From NCBI GenBank assembly GCA_963723515.1, contig CAVRQT010000003.1:224001-288000 (forward strand): a stretch of 64,000 nt of DNA, in the 5' to 3' direction. The translations under genes were made by a program, and so were the position numbers. This document shows positions 33,026-42,494 of the stretch, piece by piece. The notes under the pieces were generated by a model that saw only the letters and a list, made by a program, of their open reading frames with translations, made no database searches and was not told where the DNA came from. The DNA is from Vulcanimicrobiota bacterium. Lineage in GTDB: Bacteria; Vulcanimicrobiota; Vulcanimicrobiia; Vulcanimicrobiales; Vulcanimicrobiaceae. The number at the start of each line of letters is the position of its first letter. The stretch's first letter is position 1.

Positions 33026-33165
33026 GTGCACGTCGCCACGGCGGTTGTAGAGACCGCGGCGGTGCACGTTATTCCCTTCGCGCCACACACACGTTAAGGA
33101 TGAAGGCAGCCTCGCCGGTCGTTCTTCGCACATGATGCGCGCGATTTCTTTCGGAGATCAATCCG

Positions 33166-34602
33166 CTGCAATTCGAAAACCGCCCCAATCAAAACGGCCC
33201 GGAAGGCCGGGGTCGCCGCCGGCGCCCGCGACGGCACCACCAACAACGATTTAACCCGCAATCTCACTTCGGTGAAAACTTTCCTCAAGCCGAAGCCGTG
33301 ATGCCGGCGCTGCTGACGGCGCCGCAACTCGAAGAGAAGTCGAAGACGGAGCTCAACGAGCTGGCCAAAGAGTTCGATGTCCTCAATCCGCTCAAGCTCA
33401 AGAAAGACGAACTGATTCCGCGCATCCTTGAAATTCAGGCGGCGCGCTCGGGCATCGAGATGGCGAACGGCGTACTGGACATCCTTCCTGAGGGCTACGG
33501 TTTCTTGCGTCGCGACGGCTATTTGATCGGCCCCGACGACATCTATGTCAGTCAATCGCAGATTCGGCGCTTCGAACTGCGCCGCGGCGATCTAATCGAA
33601 GGACAGGTTCGGCGCCCGAAAGACAACGAGAAATACTTCGGCCTGATCAAGGTCGAGACGGTCGACGGCTATGATCCGGAAGAGATTCGCGGCCGGAGCG
33701 TCTTTGAAAAAGGCACGCCGATCTATCCGAACGATCGGTACAAACTCGAGGTGCGTTCAACGCAGCTCTCAACGCGCGTCATCGATCTCATCTGCCCGAT
33801 CGGCAAGGGACAGCGTGCGCTGATCGTCTCGCCGCCGAAAGCCGGCAAGACAACGCTCCTCAAGAACATCGCCAATTCGATTTCGATCAACCATCCCGAA
33901 GCGCACATCATAGCGCTGCTTGTGGACGAGCGTCCGGAAGAAGTGACGGACATGCAGCGCACGATCGATGGTGAGGTCGTCGCCTCAACCTTCGACGAGC
34001 ATCCGGAGAATCACACGGCAGTCGCCGAATTAACGATGGAGCGGGCCAAGCGCCTCGCCGAGCTCGGCAAAGACGTCATCATCTTGCTGGATTCGATTAC
34101 GCGACTCGCGCGGGCGTACAACCAGGTGATTCCGACTTCGGGCCGCACGCTTTCCGGCGGCTTAGACACCGCGTCGCTTCACAAGCCCAAGCGCTTCTTC
34201 GGCGCGGCGCGTAAGATCGAAGAAGGCGGCTCGCTGACGATCGTCGCGACCGCGTTAATTGAAACGGGCTCGAAGATGGACGACGTCATCTTCGAAGAGT
34301 TCAAAGGCACCGGCAACATGGAGCTCAACCTCACGCGCAAGCTCGCCGAATCGCGTATCTTCCCAGCCATCGACATCAAGCGCTCGGGAACGCGACACGA
34401 AGAGTTGCTCCTCAGTGAAATCGAGATGCGCAAGATCTGGATGCTTCGTCGCGCAACATCCGTGCTCAACTCCGGCGACATCACGGAGATCATTCTCGAC
34501 AAGATGGCGCAGACGCGTTCGAACGCCGAATTCTTGGACACCGTCACAAAAGAGGCCCTGTCACTCTCGCGCGGCTACGAGGACGGCAACGGGAAGTACT
34601 AA
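33166..34602 (+). CDS. rho: Transcription termination factor Rho; probable CTG start 44 codons upstream of GTG 33298
   Basis: GYGFLR, DIYVS.SQIRRF.L, GKGQR.LIVSPPKAGKT, DERPEEVT, FKGTGNMEL. GGAG 9 nt before the in-frame CTG at 33166. Confidence 0.97.
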   Translation: MQFENRPNQNGPEGRGRRRRPRRHHQQRFNPQSHFGENFPQAEAVMPALLTAPQLEEKSKTELNELAKEFDVLNPLKLKKDELIPRILEIQAARSGIEMANGVLDILPEGYGFLRRDGYLIGPDDIYVSQSQIRRFELRRGDLIEGQVRRPKDNEKYFGLIKVETVDGYDPEEIRGRSVFEKGTPIYPNDRYKLEVRSTQLSTRVIDLICPIGKGQRALIVSPPKAGKTTLLKNIANSISINHPEAHIIALLVDERPEEVTDMQRTIDGEVVASTFDEHPENHTAVAELTMERAKRLAELGKDVIILLDSITRLARAYNQVIPTSGRTLSGGLDTASLHKPKRFFGAARKIEEGGSLTIVATALIETGSKMDDVIFEEFKGTGNMELNLTRKLAESRIFPAIDIKRSGTRHEELLLSEIEMRKIWMLRRATSVLNSGDITEIILDKMAQTRSNAEFLDTVTKEALSLSRGYEDGNGKY

Positions 34603-34651
34603 GGCGAGCATTTCGCCTGCCTAAGTCACACCTTCCCTTCGCAGACCGCTC

Positions 34652-34681
34652 GAAAGGGCCGGCTGCCAACGCCGGCCTTTC
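34652..34681. terminator. GC-rich hairpin after rho
   Basis: GAAAGGGCCGGC-TGCCAAC-GCCGGCCTTTC; short T tracts only. Confidence 0.5.
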
Positions 34682-34863
34682 TGCTGCCTGCATTTCTTGC
34701 AGCATTTGTGAGCTAACTGTTTGAATGCAACAAATGTCAGAGCTTTCGCGAGAAAGCGTCGACCGAACAGCGCGAGGCGCATCATTGTCACCCTATTGTA
34801 TGTGACCGCCTTGCAAGAAAGCGTCACTCGATAACCGCGCCTTAGCGTGAAGGTAGGCTGAGC

Positions 34864-35385
34864 ATGCGGCTAGATTGCGGGATATGCGTCGTGCGCTCGT
34901 ACCGGCACGACGATGCCGAAGCGCTTGTCAGACAAGCGAACAATTCGAACGTCTCACGTTATCTGCGAGATAGCTTTCCATATCCGTACACGATCGCGGA
35001 CGCGCGCGCTTGGCTGCGGTATGCCGTTGATATCGATCATGAAGAGACACACTTTGCGATCGAGCGCGGCCGTGAAGTCGCAGGCGGCCTCGGCTTCACG
35101 CGCTTTCCCGGCGAACGACAGTTTACCGCGGAGTTCGGCTACTGGTTAGGCGAAGCGTTTTGGAATCAAGGCATCATGACAGCGGCCGTGCGATCGTTTG
35201 TTGAGTGGTTGTGGCGCGAAACCGATCTGCAGCGCGTTCAGTCGGGTGTCTTTGAGCCGAACGTCGCGTCGCGTCGAGTCCTCGAGAAATGCGGGTTCGT
35301 CCATGAAGCGACGCTGCGGCGCGACGTTTGCAAAAATGATTGCTTCCTCGATACGCAGCTTTTTGTACGGTTGCGCCCCGCGTAA
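34864..35385 (+). CDS. RimJ/RimL-type GNAT N-acetyltransferase
   Basis: FP.PYT..DA, E.GYWLG..FW.QGI.T, N.AS.RVLEK.GF. Confidence 0.9.
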   Translation: MRLDCGICVVRSYRHDDAEALVRQANNSNVSRYLRDSFPYPYTIADARAWLRYAVDIDHEETHFAIERGREVAGGLGFTRFPGERQFTAEFGYWLGEAFWNQGIMTAAVRSFVEWLWRETDLQRVQSGVFEPNVASRRVLEKCGFVHEATLRRDVCKNDCFLDTQLFVRLRPA

Positions 35386-36100
35386 TGCGGCTGCAGCGCT
35401 TTCTGGCTCAGGCGGGCGTTGCATCGCGCCGCAAAGCCGAAGAGCTGATCGTTAGCGGGCGCGTCAGCGTGAACGGCACAAAAGTTGAGCGACTCGGCAC
35501 GACGGTTGAAGCGGATGACGTTGTTTGCGTTGACGGGAAAACGATCAGCATCGCGCCCGAGCGCATCTACCTTGCGCTGAACAAGCCGGCCGGCGTCGTC
35601 ACCACGATGCGAGATCCGCAAGGGCGCCGCACCGTTGCCGATCTGCTTCCGGAAGGTTCGGCCGGCGTCGTGCCCGTGGGTCGACTCGACTATGACACGA
35701 GCGGCCTATTGCTGCTGACGAACGACGGCGACCTCGCGCACCGCTTGATGCATCCAAGCTTTGGGGTGCAGAAGACGTATCGCGCGTTGCTCGCAGGACG
35801 GTTCGTCGCTGCTGCGGCGCAGCGGCTCATCAAAGGCGTCAACCTTGACGACCAGCCAACGTCGCCCGCACGGCTGCGCATTGTCAGCGCACGTGCGGAT
35901 CGCTCGCTTGTCGACGTCACGATTCACGAAGGCCGCAAGCGCCAAGTGCGCCGTATGTTCGAAGCTGTCGGCCACCGCGTTCTTACGTTGGAGCGGCGTG
36001 CATTCGGAACACTTACACTCGGAACGCTGGAATCCGGGCGATGTCGTTTGCTCGCTCCGAGTGAGATAGCGGCCCTGCGAGGATGTGTGACGAAAAGAGG
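35385..36100 (+). CDS. RsuA/RluB-family pseudouridine synthase; true stop obscured, ORF runs to 36293
   Basis: RLQRFLAQAG.ASRR.AE S4 domain, NKP.G, GRLDYDTSGLLLLTNDG, EGRKRQVRRM. Confidence 0.9.
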
Positions 36101-36106
36101 GCGCCC

Positions 36107-36977
36107 GTGGAGCAGTTTGCCTCGATTCCGCAAAAATACCGGCTCGTCAGAAGCGAGCCGGGCCGCGAACGTTCGATCGTCCAACTGGACGGCCACCGCG
36201 TCGCCTTCGGAGCAGAAGCGCTCGTCGTCTGCGCCGGACCGTGCAGCGTCGAGTCGGAAGCGCAGATTGACCAGACGGCGCAAGCCGTCGTAACATCCGG
36301 CGCGACCGTTCTGCGCGGCGGCGCGTTCAAGCCTCGCAGTTCACCCTATGCGTTTCAGGGTCTTGGCGAAGATGCGCTCAAGATGTTGCGGAGCTGCTGC
36401 CGACCGGCACGGAGTCGCCGTCGTCACCGAAGTGCTCGACGTTCGTCACGTTGAGCTTGTCGCGCAATATTCCGACATGCTGCAGATCGGCGCGCGCAAC
36501 ATGCAGAATTTTAGTTTGTTGCGGGAAGTTGGCGAATGCGGTAAACCCGTTTTGCTAAAGCGCGGCCTTGCAGCGACGGTTGACGAGTGGCTGATGGCCG
36601 CTGAGTACGTCGTTCTCGCCGGCAACGAACGCGTCGTCTTGTGCGAGCGTGGCGTGCGTTCGTTCGATTCGGCGACGCGCAATTTGCTCGACCTAGCGGT
36701 CATCCCGCTGTTGCGTCAACTGACGCATCTGCCGGTCATCGTCGATCCGTCGCACGGTACCGGCATCGCGCGTTTGGTGGAACCGATGGCGCTGGCGGCG
36801 GTTGCGGCCGGGGCCGACGGGCTGCTCGTCGAGGTCCATCCTGAACCGCACAATGCCGCTTCCGACGGCGCTCAATCCCTGCGGCCATCGGATTTTGCGC
36901 ATTTGATGCAAAAACTGCCGCAGTTCGCCGGCGTCGCAGGACGCTCGGTCGCAAGCGGCGCCTTCCTCGCCGTATGA
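36107..36977 (+). CDS. aroF: 3-deoxy-7-phosphoheptulonate (DAHP) synthase, type I-beta; frameshift near 36395
   Basis: [43 protein letters not shown]. Confidence 0.92.
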
Positions 36978-37140
36978 GGGATCTCTGAAGAAGCCCCGCG
37001 CGTTCCATCGCTGCACCGCTTTTCGGCCATTTCGTCGTTGCTGCGGCGGCCACAATGCGCTGCATTGCGTCCGTCCTCGCGCCTCGAACTGACCAAAAAT
37101 CGCCGCAACGCTGGAACACGGCGGCTTCTTCAGAGGTCCC
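36978..37140. mobile_element. MITE-like non-coding palindromic element (163 bp)
   Basis: Left end GGGATCTCTGAAGAAGCC versus right end reverse complement GGGACCTCTGAAGAAGCC; imperfect inverted arms extend ~60 bp; central CAATGC-GCT-GCATTG. Confidence 0.65.
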
Positions 37141-37192
37141 AAGGCGAGCGTTTTAACAAATCGGTCCTGGGTATCGTTACTGCTGCAGAGAG

Positions 37193-38419
37193 GTGCTTAT
37201 GAACTTGCTTCGCATCGCCGGCGCGATCCTAACCGTCGCCGTCGGGTCCACCGCTGTTACGTCAGCTGCCACTTACGGAACCGACTTTAAGCCGCCCAAG
37301 CTTTCCCAACTTGGAAAGACAACCGTTCCGATCGCCGGCTCGGGGACCGTCATTGTTAAGGTGCTCGTCAAAGGCGACGGCAGCTTCAACGTGCAGAACG
37401 TCATCCGTTCGACGAACTCGGCGGACAACGCGGCGGCGCTGGACATTGCAAAGAACTCCAGCTACCACGTCGCCACGCGGGGTGGAAAGCCGACAACCGC
37501 GTTTTACGATTTCACGCTGAAGTTCAACGGGAAGGCTGTCTCATCGCCCGACGAGGAGGCAGTCGGAATTTCAAGCGGGACCGTGTCCTCAATCAACACG
37601 CTGCTGCGGGCCCAAAACTATGTCGGCGCTGCGGCCGAATTTGACAGGATGAGCACGATTCCGGCGCGCGATCGGTCGACTGCGGCCTCAGTCTATGCGA
37701 CGGCTGCAATTCAGTTGCACACCTCAAACGCGCAGCAGGCTCTTACGTACGGGCAGAAGGCAGTATCGCTTTCGCCGGTGGGAACGTCATACTTCGCGCT
37801 CGGCGTCGCCCAACTCGCGAACAATGACAACGCCGGCGCAGTGGTCAGCTTAAAACGCGCGCACGATTTTGGCGGCGGTCCGAGATCCACAAGCGATCGT
37901 GTCGCCGTCGATCAGTATCTTATTCAAGCCTACAATGCAACCGGCGATACGGCCGATGCCAACGCGATGAGCGCAGAGCTTCAGCGCATCGCACCAAATT
38001 CAACATCGTCCTCAGGTGGGGTGATGGTCCCCCCGGTATTCAACCAGGCAATGCAAGCTGAGAGCGCCGCTAGATACGACGATGCCGTCAGGCTTTACGA
38101 ACAAGCTGCGCAGCAATCGCCGTCGATTGCCGTCACGGCATACGGACGGGCGGCGTTAGCAATTGGCAGGATGGATAAGCCGGACTTCACTCGGATGAAG
38201 GCCGAAGCCGATAGGGCAGTCGCGCTGAATCCAACCGATCCAACTGCGAATTTCGCTGAGGGTGTCGCCCTGATCCAACTTTCGGTGATAAACCACAACG
38301 ATGGGCAAAAAAAAGAAGGGCTCGACACATTGAAAAAGGCCGACGATGAAGCGAAATCAGCCCATATTTCAGCGTTGATAAACGCCATCGAAAACTTCAT
38401 CAAGAGCGTGCCGCAGTAG
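37193..38419 (+). CDS. Secreted protein with TonB C-terminal-like domain followed by TPRs
   Basis: Signal peptide; G.V.V.V.V..DG......V.RS....N.AAL......Y..A.RGG.P....F; TPR-like Ala/Tyr helices. Confidence 0.7.
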   Translation: MLMNLLRIAGAILTVAVGSTAVTSAATYGTDFKPPKLSQLGKTTVPIAGSGTVIVKVLVKGDGSFNVQNVIRSTNSADNAAALDIAKNSSYHVATRGGKPTTAFYDFTLKFNGKAVSSPDEEAVGISSGTVSSINTLLRAQNYVGAAAEFDRMSTIPARDRSTAASVYATAAIQLHTSNAQQALTYGQKAVSLSPVGTSYFALGVAQLANNDNAGAVVSLKRAHDFGGGPRSTSDRVAVDQYLIQAYNATGDTADANAMSAELQRIAPNSTSSSGGVMVPPVFNQAMQAESAARYDDAVRLYEQAAQQSPSIAVTAYGRAALAIGRMDKPDFTRMKAEADRAVALNPTDPTANFAEGVALIQLSVINHNDGQKKEGLDTLKKADDEAKSAHISALINAIENFIKSVPQ

Positions 38420-38484
38420 TACGAGGAGAATCCTGGAAGGTGGGCCAATGGTCCGCCTTCTACTGACGGGAGGGGCCGAAAAAA

Positions 38485-39171
38485 GTGGATTTCTTCAGTA
38501 ATTTCTACGGGTTCATCCAACGCGGCGGACCTGCGATGTGGGCATTGCTGATCTGCTCGATCGTTGTGATCGCAATCGTTATCGAACGTCTCGTTTTCTT
38601 CGCATCCCAGCACGGCGATACGAAGGGCTTGCTCAAAGCGCTCGGCGACCGCATCGCCAGCGACGACATAGACGGCGCCGTGCAATATTGCCGGCAGAAC
38701 AAAGGCATGCTGCCGCGCATTCTCGAGTTCGGACTGCTCCGCGGTGAAAAGAACCGAGCGGACATTACCGATGCGCTTTCGATTGCGCTGATGGAGCATC
38801 TCAATTCGCTCGAACGCAACCTGGGCATCATCGGTACCGTCGCGGTCATCGCGCCGTTCGTCGGGCTGTTTGGAACCGTCTTAGGCATCATTCGTGCCTT
38901 CCAAGACATCGCGCTCAAAGGCAACTCGACGCCGGCGGTGGTTGCGGCGGGCGTCTCAGAGGCCTTGATCACGACTGCGGCCGGACTCTTCGTGGCGATC
39001 GTTGCCGTGATTTTCTTCAACTACTTCAAGACGCGCATCAAAGCGTACAACCAAGAAATGATCGTCGCCGCCAACCAGCTCGCCGAAATGTTGCACTTCC
39101 ACAACACCGGCGCCCCGATTCCGACGGACCTCTACCAGCCTACGACTGCGGCGCGCCAGGCCGCGACATAA
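38485..39171 (+). CDS. MotA/TolQ/ExbB proton channel protein
   Basis: GG..MW.L, LERNL..IGT....APFVGLFGTV.GII..F, GVSEAL.TTA.GL.VAI. Confidence 0.95.
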   Translation: MDFFSNFYGFIQRGGPAMWALLICSIVVIAIVIERLVFFASQHGDTKGLLKALGDRIASDDIDGAVQYCRQNKGMLPRILEFGLLRGEKNRADITDALSIALMEHLNSLERNLGIIGTVAVIAPFVGLFGTVLGIIRAFQDIALKGNSTPAVVAAGVSEALITTAAGLFVAIVAVIFFNYFKTRIKAYNQEMIVAANQLAEMLHFHNTGAPIPTDLYQPTTAARQAAT

Positions 39172-39174
39172 ACC

Positions 39175-39588
39175 GTGTCCCTCCTCTCAGCCAAGCAAGA
39201 AGATGAGGTGATGGCGGAGATCAACATCACGCCGTTCACCGACGTGCTGTTGGTTTTGCTCATCATCTTCATGATTCTCGCCGCGTTGATCACGCCGCCC
39301 GGGTTCGAGAAGCAGCTTCCGAACAAGAGCAGCAACAATCCGGCTGAGAATCCAAACAAAAAAGACAACATCGAAATTGACGTCAACAACAAAGGCGTGA
39401 TCTTCGTCGACGGCAAGAAGAGCGATCTGGCGCACATCTACTACGACATGAACGCGGTCGCGCTGAAGAAGCCGGGCAAGCACGTCTCGATCGTTGCGGA
39501 TGCGAAAGCGCCCTATGGGATCATCATCCGCATCTTGGACGCGGCGAAGCTCGCCAATCTTCAAGACGTCGGCTTCGTGACCTCATAA
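39175..39588 (+). CDS. ExbD/TolR family protein
   Basis: EINITPFTDVLLVLLIIFM; AD...PYG...ILD. Confidence 0.95.
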   Translation: MSLLSAKQEDEVMAEINITPFTDVLLVLLIIFMILAALITPPGFEKQLPNKSSNNPAENPNKKDNIEIDVNNKGVIFVDGKKSDLAHIYYDMNAVALKKPGKHVSIVADAKAPYGIIIRILDAAKLANLQDVGFVTS

Positions 39589-39601
39589 GGAAGGCGTAAG
39601 A

Positions 39602-40015
39602 ATGGCCGTTTCAACGGGACAAGGCGAAGAGGAGGTCATGTCGACGATCAACATCACGCCGTTCACCGACGTGCTGCTGGTTTTGCTGATCATCTTCATC
39701 ATCTTGGCGGCGGTCACCAAAGAGCCGAAACTTCCTAACGCCAAGAATCGCGATAAGGTTCACCCGTCCCAAATCGTCGTCATCGTCAACGACAAGGATG
39801 AGATTCAGATCGGTTCAACGGTCGTGCCGATTCAGCAGGCCTCCGATACGTTTAAGACCCTGCAAGAGCAAACGGGTCACGTTTACAAGAGCGTAATCAT
39901 CAAAGCTGATCCGGCGTCGCAGTACGGCACAATCTTGCAAGTCATGGATGCCGCGAAATCGCAAGACTTGACCGACTTCGGTCTCGCGAACCACGTCGAA
40001 GGTCAGAAAACCTAA
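39602..40015 (+). CDS. ExbD/TolR family protein (second copy)
   Basis: INITPFTDVLLVLLIIF; KAD....YG..LQVMD. Confidence 0.95.
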   Translation: MAVSTGQGEEEVMSTINITPFTDVLLVLLIIFIILAAVTKEPKLPNAKNRDKVHPSQIVVIVNDKDEIQIGSTVVPIQQASDTFKTLQEQTGHVYKSVIIKADPASQYGTILQVMDAAKSQDLTDFGLANHVEGQKT

Positions 40016-40018
40016 GCG

Positions 40019-40765
40019 ATGGCCAAGCTCGCAGGTGGCTCTCCGTTCCTAACGACCGGCGAGCGCATTCGCACCTTTTTAGGGTGGGCGTTCGTGATCT
40101 CTATTGCCGGACATCTGGTCTTAGGACCGCTGATTCCGTTCAAGCAAACCCACACGGAAGAGCAGCAAGTCGAAAAAGTTTCGCTGATGAAGAAGACCAA
40201 GGTCAAGGTGCCGACGCCGCCGCCTCCGACGCCGACGCCGAAACCGACTCAGCCACCGGTATCGACTCCCAAGCCAAAGCCGCAACAGCAGCAGCCGCGG
40301 CTCAAGGTCAATCTGGTGCATCAGCATTCAACGACCGGCTCGAACCAAAACGAGCCGGCTTACACGGCGCCGAAGAGCGGCAGCGAAAACGGCGCCCCAC
40401 AGGGCGTCAGCACGGCCTCTGCCGGAACGGGCCAGCAAGCAAAAGTAGCGGCGCCGCCCCCGACGCCCAAACCGGCGTGTGCGGATCCGTATCGAGAAGC
40501 GACGATGACCAACGGCGTCTCGCCCGAGTATCCTGAATCGGCGAAGGAACAGGGACTCGGCCCGGTGACGGTCATCGTGAAGATTACGCTTTCGCCGGCA
40601 GCCTCGGTTGAAAGCGCCAGCGTTCTGCAAAGCTCGGGGAATATGGCGGTCGATCAAGCAGCGATCATCGCGGCTCGTCAATCGTCGTATGCACCGAAGC
40701 TCATGAACTGCCAACCCGCGGAAGGCACGTACTCCTTCCGTGCCAACTTCGACCCCGCTCAGTAG
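40019..40765 (+). CDS. TonB family energy transducer
   Basis: TM with SxxxH (SIAGH), Pro/Lys spacer, PEYPESAK..G.G.V.V, SSGN..VD.AA..AAR. Confidence 0.9.
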   Translation: MAKLAGGSPFLTTGERIRTFLGWAFVISIAGHLVLGPLIPFKQTHTEEQQVEKVSLMKKTKVKVPTPPPPTPTPKPTQPPVSTPKPKPQQQQPRLKVNLVHQHSTTGSNQNEPAYTAPKSGSENGAPQGVSTASAGTGQQAKVAAPPPTPKPACADPYREATMTNGVSPEYPESAKEQGLGPVTVIVKITLSPAASVESASVLQSSGNMAVDQAAIIAARQSSYAPKLMNCQPAEGTYSFRANFDPAQ

Positions 40766-40804
40766 TTATTTAGACGGTCGACGACGCGAGGCTCATCCTC
40801 CCCG

Positions 40805-41458
40805 ATGAGCCTTCGTTCTGCGCGGCGCCTGCTGCTCGGCGCGCTCCTTCTCTCGATCGTCCTCCATCTGCTCGGCGTGCTTTTCATTCACTGGAGCGTG
40901 CCGGCCACGCAGGAAGTGCCTGAAAGTTTGCAGCTCACGAAAATTTACAAAGTTCGCGCCACGATCTTGCACTCACCACGGCCGCCTGCACCGCCGAAGA
41001 CGGTGCCGCACAAGGCGATCAACGTTCCGAGGACGGTTGCTCGGAGCGCGCGCGGTCCTGCAATCGTTGCAATGCCGAAGTCTGCCGTCGCAACAGCGAC
41101 TCCGTCGCCGTCACCGACCGTTGCACATCTGCCGACGCCGGCCGGCGTCAGCGGGTGTACCAAAGCATATGCGGTTGCAACGGTCATGGCGTCGCCGCAA
41201 CCACCGGACGTTCCCGACGATGCACGACGTTCGGCGACCGCCGGCGTCACGGAAATCCACGTGCAACTGGATGACCGCGGAGCGATCGTCGATGCAGCGG
41301 TCGCCGCCAGTTCCGGAAATGCCCAACTCGATCAAGTCGCATTGAACCTCGCCAAGGGCAGCACGTACACGCCTGCGGTTAGCGCGTGCAAGAAGATCGC
41401 ATCAACGTACACGTATCGTGTGCGCTTCGAACCCGCAAGCACGAGCGAGCTGAGATGA
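40805..41458 (+). CDS. TonB family energy transducer (second copy)
   Basis: SIVLH TM, Pro-rich spacer, G...V.LD..G......SSGN..LD..A. Confidence 0.85.
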   Translation: MSLRSARRLLLGALLLSIVLHLLGVLFIHWSVPATQEVPESLQLTKIYKVRATILHSPRPPAPPKTVPHKAINVPRTVARSARGPAIVAMPKSAVATATPSPSPTVAHLPTPAGVSGCTKAYAVATVMASPQPPDVPDDARRSATAGVTEIHVQLDDRGAIVDAAVAASSGNAQLDQVALNLAKGSTYTPAVSACKKIASTYTYRVRFEPASTSELR

Positions 41459-42309
41459 CGTTCGCCCAAGCAATTCTGCTTGCGATCTTGCAGGGAGTGA
41501 GCGAGCTATTCCCCGTTAGCAGTCTCGGGCATACGATCTTGGTTCCGGCGCTCTTGCACTGGACGGTGAATCGACGGGATCCGTCATTTCTCGCCTTCAT
41601 CGTCGTCCTGCACTTAGGAACGGCGATCGCCCTTGTGATCTTCTATCGACGCGAGTGGATAGCGCTCGTGCGCGCGTTCGTCGCAAGCATCGTTCGGGGA
41701 CGGCTATCCGGCGAGCGCAATGAACGCATCGCGTGGCTGCTCGTCGTCGGCTCGATTCCCGTCGGAATCCTTGGCGTCTACCTCGAGTCGCCGGTGCGCA
41801 ATCTTTTCGGCTCGGCAGCGTTTGCGGCGATCTTCTTGATGATTAACGCGCTGATCATGTTTGCCGGCGAATTCTTTCGCAAGCGGCAGCATGAAGATCG
41901 CAGCAAGCAATATAAGCGGCTAGAGAAGATGACGTGGATCGAAAGTCTCGGTGTCGGTTTGGCACAGTCGCTCGCACTTTTGCCGGGGATCTCGCGTTCC
42001 GGGTCGTCGATCGTGGCGGGTCTGGCCGTTGATCTCGATCATGAGGATGCAGCGCGTTACTCGTTCTTGCTTGCAACTCCCGTCATCGGGGCGGCTGCGC
42101 TGATCGAGATGCCGCGTCTTTGGGCAGGCGCGCACGTCGTTCCGGTGCAAGCGTTAATAGGTGGAATACTAGCCGGCATCGCCGCGTATCTCTCGGTTGC
42201 ATTTCTCACGAAATACTTTGAGCGCAACGATCTACGTCCGTTCGGCTGGTATTGCTTGATCTTTGGAGCGCTCTGCTTGTGGCTGGCTTATAAAGGAGTC
42301 ATCGTTTGA
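41455..42309 (+). CDS. uppP: Undecaprenyl-diphosphate phosphatase
   Basis: QG.SELFPVSS.GH, HLGT, LPGISRSG, A.YSFLL. Confidence 0.95.
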   Translation: MTFAQAILLAILQGVSELFPVSSLGHTILVPALLHWTVNRRDPSFLAFIVVLHLGTAIALVIFYRREWIALVRAFVASIVRGRLSGERNERIAWLLVVGSIPVGILGVYLESPVRNLFGSAAFAAIFLMINALIMFAGEFFRKRQHEDRSKQYKRLEKMTWIESLGVGLAQSLALLPGISRSGSSIVAGLAVDLDHEDAARYSFLLATPVIGAAALIEMPRLWAGAHVVPVQALIGGILAGIAAYLSVAFLTKYFERNDLRPFGWYCLIFGALCLWLAYKGVIV

Positions 42310-42494
42310 AAATCGTCGCCCTCGTTATCGCAATCATCTGCTTTGTCATTGCCATCGGCTATGCGCTCGGAGTAATTAATTGGTTTGTTTTCGACCCGAC
42401 GCATAAGCATCACATCAGCCACTTCGCGCTCTTCGTCATACTCGGTGTGCTTGCGCTGATCTGGATGCGCTTCGCCGGTGCGCGCGCGACGTAA
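42306..42494 (+). CDS. Small two-TM protein with His-rich loop
   Basis: TTGA-coupled start; two hydrophobic helices around DPTHKHHISH. Confidence 0.65.
   Translation: MKIVALVIAIICFVIAIGYALGVINWFVFDPTHKHHISHFALFVILGVLALIWMRFAGARAT

Noticed and set aside
36100..36293. RluB C-terminal extension overlapping aroF
   Set aside because: It overlaps conserved aroF coding sequence in another frame; a lost stop from an indel is more likely.
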